A DNA stretch of 64,000 bases from the NCBI GenBank assembly GCA_026129525.1, contig JAHCHW010000003.1, forward strand, positions 20,764 through 84,763, written 5' to 3'. The position numbers were made by a program, and so were the translations under genes. Below the pieces are notes generated by a model. The model made no database searches, was not told the origin of the DNA, and worked only from the letters and a program-made list of their open reading frames with translations. How positions within the stretch are numbered: the stretch's first letter is position 1; the number at the start of each line of letters is the position of its first letter. The DNA is from Chitinophagales bacterium. GTDB taxonomy: Bacteria; Bacteroidota; Bacteroidia; Chitinophagales; LD1. This document shows, in pieces, positions 49,283 to 57,427 of the stretch.

Positions 49283-50220
49283 TGCAGATTTCTGTTGTTG
49301 TTCCATTATTAAACGAAGAAGAATCGCTGCCGGAGTTAACCGCCTGGATTGAGCGGGTAATGAAGGCAAATGGTTTTTCGTACGAAGTGCTGTTGATTGA
49401 CGATGGCAGCAAGGATAAAAGCTGGAGTGTGATTGAGAATCTTTCTGCTGCCAATCCGAACATTAAAGGAATCCGGTTTAGAAAAAATTACGGCAAGAGC
49501 GCTGCATTGCAAGTTGGCTTTTCGCACGCAGCGGGCGATGTTGTAATAACCATGGATGCTGATTTACAGGATTCGCCCGATGAGATTCCCGCTTTGTATA
49601 AAATGATAACCGCAGATGGTTTTGACTTGGTGAGCGGCTGGAAACAAAAACGCTACGACCCTATTTCCAAAACTATCCCTACTAAACTTTACAACGGCAC
49701 TACACGGTTACTCACAGGCATTCCGTTGCACGATATGAATTGCGGGCTGAAAGCCTACCGGAATGAAGTGGTGAAGAGCGTAGAGGTGTATGGCGAAATG
49801 CACCGTTACATTCCCATTTTGGCGCGCAAGGCGGGGTTCCGAAAAATTGGCGAAAAAGTAGTGCAGCATCAGGCGCGCAAATACGGAAGCACTAAGTTCG
49901 GTATGGAGCGTTTTCTGTATGGTTTTCTCGATTTGCTTTCTGTGTCGTTTATGACTCGCTTTGCCAATCGCCCCATGCACATTTTCGGAGGCTTGGGTGT
50001 GCTCAGTTTTTTTATCGGCTTTTGCATTATCGTTTATCTTACTGTTGCCAAATTTATATTCGCTCAATACCGTATGACAGAGCGACCAATTTTCTTCATT
50101 GCCCTCGTTTCTATTATAGTAGGTGTACAATTGTTTGTGGCGGGTTTTTTGGGCGAATTGGTTTCGCGTAAAGCACCCGATAGGAATAGCTACGATGTAA
50201 GTAAAATTGTGAATTTGTGA
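49282..50220 (+). CDS. Family 2 glycosyltransferase (polyprenyl-phosphate glycosyltransferase type)
   Basis: 312 aa with ISVVVPLLNEEE, LIDDGSKD and MDADLQD motifs plus two C-terminal TM helices. Confidence 0.85.
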   Translation: MQISVVVPLLNEEESLPELTAWIERVMKANGFSYEVLLIDDGSKDKSWSVIENLSAANPNIKGIRFRKNYGKSAALQVGFSHAAGDVVITMDADLQDSPDEIPALYKMITADGFDLVSGWKQKRYDPISKTIPTKLYNGTTRLLTGIPLHDMNCGLKAYRNEVVKSVEVYGEMHRYIPILARKAGFRKIGEKVVQHQARKYGSTKFGMERFLYGFLDLLSVSFMTRFANRPMHIFGGLGVLSFFIGFCIIVYLTVAKFIFAQYRMTERPIFFIALVSIIVGVQLFVAGFLGELVSRKAPDRNSYDVSKIVNL

Positions 50221-50232
50221 CAATTCTGTAAC

Positions 50233-50571
50233 ATGCCGCTATTGCCTAACTATCAGCAAGCCATAATATGATTAGAAAAGCTTAGCAATTACTGTTTATC
50301 AAATGAACATGTTGAAGGTAAACACAAAGCGGCTCTCTTCCTTTCCCGACTTGGAATAACAGCAGAAGATGCGAGTTGGTTGAGAAATGTTATCATGGAT
50401 GCCTTGCCTTTGCATGATGCCGAAGAAAGACATGCGGATAAATACGGGAAGCGTTATACGGTAGATTTTAAGGTTACCCGCAACTCGCGGACAGCAAAAG
50501 TGAGAACTGCATGGATAACAAAGGCAGGCGAAACAGTGCCTCGGCTTACAAGTTGTTATATTGTTTCATAG
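50233..50571 (+). pseudogene. DUF6883-like gene interrupted by an in-frame TGA at codon 13
   Basis: Hand translation from ATG 50233 gives MPLLPNYQQAII*LEKLSNYCLSNEHVEGKHKAALF...TAWITKAGETVPRLTSCYIV. The reading frame and family-like sequence continue across TGA 50269-50271. The ORF track reports only the TTG-initiated 3' part (50380-50571). Confidence 0.55.
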
Positions 50572-50587
50572 TCAATATTTTTACAGC

Positions 50588-50806
50588 ATGGTCAATAAAA
50601 TTTCTCTGCTTGATGTAGTTGCTACAGTAAAGGCATTTCCCGATAAAAATTTACATGCCGGACAAGTAGGTACTGTAGTTGAAATTCTTGCCGAAGGAGT
50701 GTACGAAGTGGAATTTGCAGATAAAAGCGGCAGAGCCATTACAGAATGTGCTATGAAAGAATCGGACTTGCTGCTTCTTCATTACGATGCGTTGAAGGCA
50801 GCCTGA
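50588..50806 (+). CDS. DUF4926-like small protein
   Basis: 72 aa from ATG 50588: LLDVVATVKAFPDKNLHAGQVGTVVEILAEGVYEVEFADKSGR (SH3-like pattern). Typical partner of DUF6883 genes. Confidence 0.6.
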   Translation: MVNKISLLDVVATVKAFPDKNLHAGQVGTVVEILAEGVYEVEFADKSGRAITECAMKESDLLLLHYDALKAA

Positions 50807-50808
50807 CC

Positions 50809-51945
50809 ATGAAAATCATCATCCTCGGTTCAGCTCACCCTCTCCGCGGAGGTCTTGCTTCGTACAACGAGCGTTTGGCGCGTGAGTTTATACAGCAGGG
50901 GCACAGTGTACAGATTTACACTTTCAGTTTGCAGTATCCTTCGTTTTTGTTTCCCGGTACTTCGCAATACAGCGATGCCCCCGCCCCCGATGATTTGTAC
51001 ATACACGAGAAAGTAAATTCCATTAACCCGCTTAACTGGTTCAGTGTTGGAAAAGAAATAGCAAAGTTGAATGCCGATTTACTGATCGTAAAATTCTGGC
51101 TGCCGTTTATGGCACCTTGCCTTGGCACTATTGCACGCATGGTAAAACGAAACGGCAAAACCAAAGTGGTTTCTATTGTTGACAATATCATACCGCACGA
51201 AAAGCGAATGGGGGATAAGGTATTGGCAAAGTATTTTGTGAATTCGGCAGATGCCTTTATTGCCATGAGCGATTCGGTGTTGGAAGATTTAAAGAAGTTC
51301 GATTCGGATAAGCCAAAAGTATTTTCACCGCATCCACTGTTCGATAATTTCGGAGAGGCGGTTAACAAAGCGGAAGCCTATGAAAAACTTGGACTCGAAC
51401 TGAATAGTGAATACATCCTCTTCTTTGGTTTTATACGCGATTACAAAGGGCTTGACTTAGTGCTGAAAGCAATGGCCGATGAGCGCGTTCGGCAATTGAA
51501 TGTAAAGCTGATTGTAGCCGGAGAATTTTACACCGATGCGAAACCGTATTGGGATTTAATTACGCTATTGGATATTGCCGGTAAATTGGTTATGCGTACC
51601 GATTTTATTCCTGACCATGAAGTGAAGTATTATTTCTGCGCGGCAGATTTGGTGGTGCAGCCCTACAAGCACGCTACACAAAGCGGTGTTACGCAAATCT
51701 GCTACCACTTCGACCGCCCCATGCTGGTAACCAATGTAGGCGGCTTGCCCGAAATTGTTCCGCACGGAAAAGTGGGCTATGTGGTAGAGCCTGAGCCACT
51801 CGCCATAGCCGATGCCTTGGTTGATTTTTACCAAGAACACCGCGAGTTTGTAATGCGCGATAACATTAAGTTGGAGAAGAAAAAATACGCATGGAGCGAA
51901 ATGGTGAAACGGATTTTTGAAGTCCAAAATGTAATTCTGTGCTGA
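50809..51945 (+). CDS. Family 4 glycosyltransferase
   Basis: Start set at ATG 50809 (MKIIILGSAHPLRGGLA). The C-terminal half has the GT4 E-x7-E region (QSGVTQICYHFDRPMLVTNVGGLPEIV). Confidence 0.8.
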   Translation: MKIIILGSAHPLRGGLASYNERLAREFIQQGHSVQIYTFSLQYPSFLFPGTSQYSDAPAPDDLYIHEKVNSINPLNWFSVGKEIAKLNADLLIVKFWLPFMAPCLGTIARMVKRNGKTKVVSIVDNIIPHEKRMGDKVLAKYFVNSADAFIAMSDSVLEDLKKFDSDKPKVFSPHPLFDNFGEAVNKAEAYEKLGLELNSEYILFFGFIRDYKGLDLVLKAMADERVRQLNVKLIVAGEFYTDAKPYWDLITLLDIAGKLVMRTDFIPDHEVKYYFCAADLVVQPYKHATQSGVTQICYHFDRPMLVTNVGGLPEIVPHGKVGYVVEPEPLAIADALVDFYQEHREFVMRDNIKLEKKKYAWSEMVKRIFEVQNVILC

Positions 51946-52063
51946 TGCAGTTGATTAGACTGATGACGCGGGTGAAGCTCCGATTGTATTGTAATATTCT
52001 TCTGTAACAGAGCACTTGGCAACAGCCCTTTCCGAATTTCAAATAAAACATCAACTTTGAAAC

Positions 52064-53164
52064 ATGAATTTCATAGACAATGTTCAGATAAAGAATTTTA
52101 AATCCATAAAGCAGCTTTCCTTTACTACTAAACGAGTAAATATTTTTGTAGGAAAGCCAAATGTTGGTAAGTCAAACATTTTAGAGGCGTTATCATTGTT
52201 TTGTGGGGGATACATTTCAAGTGAATATGGTTTTCTTAAACCCTTTATTCGCTTTAATTCTGTTCAGGAGCTATTTCATCGAAAAGATATACGTGAACCT
52301 ATTTTTGTAGATACGGAAATTGGTACTGTTAATCTTGCTTTTTACAATGCAGATACTTATTTTTTTATTATTGATCCGTTAAAAGTACTGGCTAAGCCGG
52401 ATGTAAGTTCCGTTTATTCGGATATAAATGAAACAAAAAGATTTTTTGATGGGAAGTATCAATCTAGTCCATTGCCACCTTTTCATTTAAAACACGCTTT
52501 CCATACTTTCAGCAACGTTATCAACCATAACGCTATGATGAGTATGAAGGATATTTACTTCTATTCGCCAATAAAAAGATACATCTTCAAAGAGTTTAAC
52601 AATCAGGCGACTTCACTGTTTTATCCTCATTCTTTGCTTGTTCCTTACGGTCAAAACATTGTTACTATACTGAATAACGATACGGCTCTGTTTGATTTGT
52701 TTGCTGAAATATTTAAAAATGAGTACAATCTTGATCTTACCATTAAGGACCCTGAGTATGTTTTGGAGATTCTGATAAGAGAAGGTTATCGAACCACTTC
52801 TACACCAATCAATTTAGTGGCAGATACTCTTCAGCGTATTATGTTCTATCTGACAGCAATTAAATCGAACACAGATTCAGTTTTGCTGTTTGAAGAGCCT
52901 GAAGCTCATTCTTTTCCAACGTACACTAATATGTTGGCTGACCATATCGCGAATGACAAAAAAAACCAGTACTTTATAACGACCCACAGCCCTTATTTGC
53001 TTAGAACTTTGCTAGATGAGACACCAAAAGATGAGATAGGTATTTTTATAACAACTTATAAGGATTACCAAACACAACTTCATGCTTTGACAGAAGATGA
53101 TATATCTGAACTATTAGATTATAATATTGACCTCTTCTATAACTACAAAAAGTTTGTTGATTAA
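52064..53164 (+). CDS. ABC/SMC-type (AAA_21/AAA_15-like) ATPase
   Basis: 366 aa. Starts IKNFKSIK, then Walker A GKPNVGKSN, signature-like VADTLQR, Walker B VLLFEEPEAHSFP and H-loop ITTHSP. The gene is visibly AT-rich compared with its flanks. Confidence 0.8.
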   Translation: MNFIDNVQIKNFKSIKQLSFTTKRVNIFVGKPNVGKSNILEALSLFCGGYISSEYGFLKPFIRFNSVQELFHRKDIREPIFVDTEIGTVNLAFYNADTYFFIIDPLKVLAKPDVSSVYSDINETKRFFDGKYQSSPLPPFHLKHAFHTFSNVINHNAMMSMKDIYFYSPIKRYIFKEFNNQATSLFYPHSLLVPYGQNIVTILNNDTALFDLFAEIFKNEYNLDLTIKDPEYVLEILIREGYRTTSTPINLVADTLQRIMFYLTAIKSNTDSVLLFEEPEAHSFPTYTNMLADHIANDKKNQYFITTHSPYLLRTLLDETPKDEIGIFITTYKDYQTQLHALTEDDISELLDYNIDLFYNYKKFVD

Positions 53165-53662
53165 ATGAAGAATTACTTGGTGCCTGAATGCTTTATAGAA
53201 CAAGAATTGTTAATTATTGTCGGCTACCCACTTAAGACTGATATCAACAAAGCAATAGGATGGAGCGGTGTGATTGATAAGATAAAGTTCGATTACAACG
53301 AAAGGTTAGCTATTGGTTGGATCGATCAAGACCCTAACGAAAGGAATAGTAGAGGGAAAGGCTATTATGAATATAGAGAACACTTACTCCCAAAACACAA
53401 TGTAAGACTACTAAAGAAACCTAATAAGCCACACTATCTTATTGAAATTGTTGATGATTTCGAAAAATGGTTTGAGCCTATAGGAAAGCAAAAGAAGGTA
53501 AGAAGAGAAGATTTCGGCATAATACGTAGCCTTAGCTCTTACAAACGCCAGGAGATTCCGCCAAAAGTAAGAAGCTATATGGAAGCAGTAATAAGTGCAA
53601 ATCCGATACCATTCAATTACATCAAGGATGTGATAAGCAAAATAAAAGAAGGAAAAATATAG
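53165..53662 (+). CDS. Small partner protein with possible minimal Toprim/DUF4435-like motifs
   Basis: 165 aa. The ATG directly abuts the ATPase stop. Has N-terminal LVPECFIE (acidic) and IGWIDQDPNE (DxD). The Toprim assignment is tentative. Confidence 0.45.
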   Translation: MKNYLVPECFIEQELLIIVGYPLKTDINKAIGWSGVIDKIKFDYNERLAIGWIDQDPNERNSRGKGYYEYREHLLPKHNVRLLKKPNKPHYLIEIVDDFEKWFEPIGKQKKVRREDFGIIRSLSSYKRQEIPPKVRSYMEAVISANPIPFNYIKDVISKIKEGKI

Positions 53663-53663
53663 C

Positions 53664-54686
53664 ATGATAATTCGCAGCAAAGCTCCCTTACGCCTCGGAC
53701 TTGCCGGTGGCGGCACTGATGTTTCTCCCTATGCCGATATTTACGGAGGCGCCATTTTGAACATTACCATTGGCATGTATGCTTATGCCACCATTAAACC
53801 TTTGTCGGGGAAAAAGATTCGCATAAGGGCGATGGATAGGGGAGAGGAGATTGTATTGGATGCTAAGAAGCAGTTGCCCGTAAACGGTTCATTAGATTTG
53901 GTAAAGGGAGTTTACAACCGTGTGGTGCGCGATTTTACCAAAAAGCCTTTAGCATTTGAGTTAACTACGTATGTGGATGCGCCTCCCGGCTCCGGCTTAG
54001 GTTCGTCTTCTACATTGGTAGTTGCCATATTGGGCGCGTTTGTAGAGTGGCTTAAACTGCCGTTGGGCGAATACGACATTGCTCATTTGGCGTACCGGAT
54101 AGAGCGCGAAGACCTTGCCATGCACGGTGGCCGGCAAGACCAATATGCCGCCACATTCGGTGGGGTAAATTACATGGAGTTTTACGATAACGATAAAGTA
54201 ATTGTAAACCCGCTGCGCGTTCGCGATACATGGATTCACGAGCTGGAAAACAACCTCATCCTTTTTTACACCGAAACTTCGCGCCTTTCATCGGAGATTA
54301 TTAAAAAGCAATCGGAGAATGTAAAGAAAAAGAACGAAAAGAGTATTGAAGCCATGCACAGCTTGAAGGAACAATCGGTGCGTATGAAAGAGGCTTTGCT
54401 GAAAGGCGAAGTGGACCGAATAGGTGAAATACTTCACTATGGCTGGCAGCATAAAAAAGCAATGGCGGAAGGGATTTCCAACCCTCAGTTGGAACAGATA
54501 TATCAAGCAGCTATGAAAGCCGGAGCAACGGGCGGAAAAATTTCAGGAGCAGGCGGTGGCGGGTTTATGTTTTTTTATGCACCCTACAATGCCAAGTTTA
54601 AAGTGGTGGAAGCCTTAAACAAATTGGGCGGGCGGGTAATGCGCTACAACTTTACTCCGCATGGGCTAACAAGCTGGACGATTTAA
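53664..54686 (+). CDS. GHMP-family sugar kinase (heptose/hexose-phosphate kinase-like)
   Basis: 340 aa with the GHMP motif PPGSGLGSSS and a C-terminal ISGAGGGGFMFF. Confidence 0.8.
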   Translation: MIIRSKAPLRLGLAGGGTDVSPYADIYGGAILNITIGMYAYATIKPLSGKKIRIRAMDRGEEIVLDAKKQLPVNGSLDLVKGVYNRVVRDFTKKPLAFELTTYVDAPPGSGLGSSSTLVVAILGAFVEWLKLPLGEYDIAHLAYRIEREDLAMHGGRQDQYAATFGGVNYMEFYDNDKVIVNPLRVRDTWIHELENNLILFYTETSRLSSEIIKKQSENVKKKNEKSIEAMHSLKEQSVRMKEALLKGEVDRIGEILHYGWQHKKAMAEGISNPQLEQIYQAAMKAGATGGKISGAGGGGFMFFYAPYNAKFKVVEALNKLGGRVMRYNFTPHGLTSWTI

Positions 54687-54701
54687 AGAACTTGTGTAAG
54701 C

Positions 54702-54734
54702 AAAAAATCCGTTGGCAGCCAACGGATTTTTTAT
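54702..54734 (+). terminator. Rho-independent terminator
   Basis: AAAAAATCCGTTGG-cag-CCAACGGATTTTTT, 16 nt after the stop at 54686. Confidence 0.8.
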
Positions 54735-54824
54735 TGAGGTCGGAAGCGGTACTCGTACCTGCAGGCGGCATAATGCAACACTTTATCTTAAGCAACGTAT
54801 TACAATTCCAATTCAACTAATGTT

Positions 54825-55661
54825 ATGCATAAGCCTGAAAGCAACATCTTGAGTGTTGTAAGGGAGATGTGTTTATATTGGAACATCCGCCCCGACCACC
54901 AGAAAAAAACATTACTTCAGTTTCGGAAAATGATCCGTAATGTGAGCACCTGCCCTATAGGCAGTGTAACGCCTGAGCAGCTGCTTGGGTTGTTTCACCG
55001 GTTGCGCGCTGAAAGCACCGGAAGCGATGAAAGTGTAAAGCGGAAATTTGAGTATGTAAAGCGTGTGTTTAAGTATGCTCATGCGCGTGGTTACATAACT
55101 CAGAATCCATGTTTGTTGCTCAAACTGCCTAAGAGCAGGAGGGCGCCCATCATTCACCTGTGCGGTCCTGAACTGAAGCGCCTTGAGCAGCTGCGCGTAT
55201 GCGGCAATTTGCAAAGGGTTAAAGATTGGTTTTTGTTCCAGTGTTATACCGGTTTGAGCTATACCGACTTTGCGCTTTTCAATAAAAGCTGTGTGCAAAG
55301 CATACAGGGTAAATATTATTTGTATGGCGCCCGTACAAAAACGGGTACCGAATACATTGTGCCGTTTACCGATGCCGCGCTAAAAATTGCCGAGCGGTAC
55401 CGGTACCGTTTTTCCTCAAACTGTATTAACACCTACAACCGGGAACTGAAGCAGCTGCAACAATTAGCTGCTATAGAAACGAGGTTAACTACGCATGTGG
55501 CCCGAAGGACCTTTGGGCAAATGATGATAGACCGCGGAGTAGCGCTCGAAGTAGTAAGTAAAATGCTTGGGCATAGTGCAACAAGTATGACTGAGCGCTA
55601 TTACGCGCGTGTAGGAATGAGCCGGGTTATTCAGGATGTGGCTTACCTGGCTGCAGCTTAG
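54825..55661 (+). CDS. Tyrosine site-specific recombinase / integrase (short form)
   Basis: 278 aa with HVARRTFG, LGHSATSMTERYY (H-x2-R ... Y catalytic region) and an SAM-like core-binding region. No long N-terminal arm-binding domain. Confidence 0.85.
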   Translation: MHKPESNILSVVREMCLYWNIRPDHQKKTLLQFRKMIRNVSTCPIGSVTPEQLLGLFHRLRAESTGSDESVKRKFEYVKRVFKYAHARGYITQNPCLLLKLPKSRRAPIIHLCGPELKRLEQLRVCGNLQRVKDWFLFQCYTGLSYTDFALFNKSCVQSIQGKYYLYGARTKTGTEYIVPFTDAALKIAERYRYRFSSNCINTYNRELKQLQQLAAIETRLTTHVARRTFGQMMIDRGVALEVVSKMLGHSATSMTERYYARVGMSRVIQDVAYLAAA

Positions 55662-55695
55662 TTACCGGCTTCGCCAATTTTCTTCAAACTACATT

Positions 55696-56370
55696 TTACC
55701 AGTCGGTATCTGTGGCGTATGGTACAATGAGTTTTACTACTTCTTTTTTATAATTTGAAATAAACTTTTCTAAGCCATTGACAATGTTTCCCGAAAGCCA
55801 TTCCATTGACTTTTTGGGTAAGTTTTCTTTTTTTAATTCATCCCAGGTATAATCCTTGGGTTCTATTGTTCCATCGTATGCGTTTACAATATGTATGATA
55901 ATTTCTTTGGTTCTAAAACGGCATTTGCCTTGTTTAAAACTGAAATTTAAGTTTAGCTCAACAAACGCTCTTCGAAGCATGGTAGAGCTTTTGCCTTCAT
56001 GTCTAATCATCATTTTAGCGACTAATTGTTGCTTTTCATCATCATAGAAAGTAAGGGGCTTGTCGTTTCTATATAATGCTGCGTGAACCATTGCATTGCT
56101 TGTATGGCGGGGAATAAACTCGTCAATCGCAGCAGCATATTGATTGGCTTCTCCTGTAGAGAATAACTGGGGCTGTAGCTGAGCCAATTTTTTTGTTGCA
56201 TTATAGAGAGATTTGGCTGTTATTCCTGAATCGAGTATGATGACAGATTGAATACCGGTTTTATTCGTGATACTGTCTTTGGTTACAACAAGTTGCGAGA
56301 GAGATGTTTTAGGAATCGTGCTAACAGTAAAGAGTGTCAGACTCAGCAGAGTTTTGATAGTTTCTTTCAT
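55696..56370 (-). CDS. Secreted hypothetical protein
   Basis: Start set at ATG 56370 (MKETIKTLLSLTLFTVSTIP signal peptide). 224 aa, no motif recognised. Confidence 0.5.
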   Translation of the reverse strand: MKETIKTLLSLTLFTVSTIPKTSLSQLVVTKDSITNKTGIQSVIILDSGITAKSLYNATKKLAQLQPQLFSTGEANQYAAAIDEFIPRHTSNAMVHAALYRNDKPLTFYDDEKQQLVAKMMIRHEGKSSTMLRRAFVELNLNFSFKQGKCRFRTKEIIIHIVNAYDGTIEPKDYTWDELKKENLPKKSMEWLSGNIVNGLEKFISNYKKEVVKLIVPYATDTDW

Positions 56371-56374
56371 AATG

Positions 56375-56941
56375 TTAAAATTTAAGTGCCAGGCCAATAT
56401 CTTTTGTAGATGGGGAGAAGGTTATGGTGCTTTTTTTTCTCGTTTTATATAAACTATAATCTATGCCTCCCGTGGCCAAAAGCACAATTGATGTAGCTAG
56501 AGAAAAGCCGCTTACTATGCCAATTGATATAGTTGCAGAGATTTTATGGTTTGTATTAATCAGGTTTATGGTAGTCACTCCTGCCGCTATAGAGCCTGCC
56601 ATAAAAATAGAACCTGCTATTAATTTCAACGTTGCACGTTCCTTAAGTGCCGGAAGTGGCATAGTGTCAATTTTGCGAATGCGTGCTGTCGCGTAATCCT
56701 CAAAGCTGTCGCTGTTGTCCGTTTTAGTTTCGGATTTAGGAGGCGCTTTGGGGGGCATAACCGGTTCATCCGATAACTCTTTTTTGAGCAGTTTATTTTT
56801 CAACACATCATATTCAGGCTTATCAATAAGCCCCATGTCAAGCCACTTTTTGTATTGCGACAGCTTAATTTCGGTTGAATCGGTTTGTGCGAAAATTTGT
56901 ATGGCGAAAAGAGCCATAGCGAGGGTCAGGCAGATTTTCAT
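56375..56941 (-). CDS. Exported protein with SHOCT-like motif and C-terminal TM helices
   Basis: 188 aa with a signal peptide, YKKWLDMGLIDKPEYDVLKNKLL (SHOCT-like) and two hydrophobic helices near the C-terminus. Confidence 0.5.
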   Translation of the reverse strand: MKICLTLAMALFAIQIFAQTDSTEIKLSQYKKWLDMGLIDKPEYDVLKNKLLKKELSDEPVMPPKAPPKSETKTDNSDSFEDYATARIRKIDTMPLPALKERATLKLIAGSIFMAGSIAAGVTTINLINTNHKISATISIGIVSGFSLATSIVLLATGGIDYSLYKTRKKSTITFSPSTKDIGLALKF

Positions 56942-56986
56942 AACGCAGAAATTTGATACGGAAAAATAAGATTTTCCGGATAATCG

Positions 56987-57427
56987 TCACTGTTTACGGA
57001 AGAAGAGAATTAGCAGAACTGCTATGATAACAACAATAATTATTGTTACAGCCAGGGCAACATGCAGTAGCTGTGCCTCTTTAATGTTGTTGCGAGTGTT
57101 GTTTTCGTATTGTATCAGTTCATTCCTGATCTTTTCTTGTATAAGTTCTTCCTGCAGTTTGTTATAGGCAAACATGTCTTGAAGTTCATCGGCTTGCCAT
57201 TCCATTTTAAGGGTATGGAATTTTTTTGCCATCTCCGCAGATGATATCGTATTAACCATCTGCTGAAAAAAAACAACCGCTAAGCCTACACCGCTGGCAG
57301 CTGTGCCTACCGTTGCACCTGTAGTTATGCTGGTGGCAATGCCTTGGGCCACACCGGTTAATTGGTCAAAAAATTTTCCGGCCATGGCTAAGTCATAAGC
57401 AACTTGCTCGTTTGTTTTTACCGCCAT
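56987..57427 (-). CDS. Tail-anchored coiled-coil membrane protein
   Basis: Start set at ATG 57427 (MAVKTNEQ). Has a Gly/Ala/Thr-rich segment, a coiled coil and a C-terminal TM helix ALAVTIIIVVIIAVLLILFF. Confidence 0.5.
   Translation of the reverse strand: MAVKTNEQVAYDLAMAGKFFDQLTGVAQGIATSITTGATVGTAASGVGLAVVFFQQMVNTISSAEMAKKFHTLKMEWQADELQDMFAYNKLQEELIQEKIRNELIQYENNTRNNIKEAQLLHVALAVTIIIVVIIAVLLILFFRKQ

Noticed and set aside
50269-50271. TGA recoding (alternative genetic code) as an explanation for the in-frame stop
   Set aside because: Neighbouring well-supported genes terminate at TGA (for example 50218-50220, and 59306-59308 on the minus strand). A code change is therefore not supported; a local nonsense mutation or a sequencing error is more likely.
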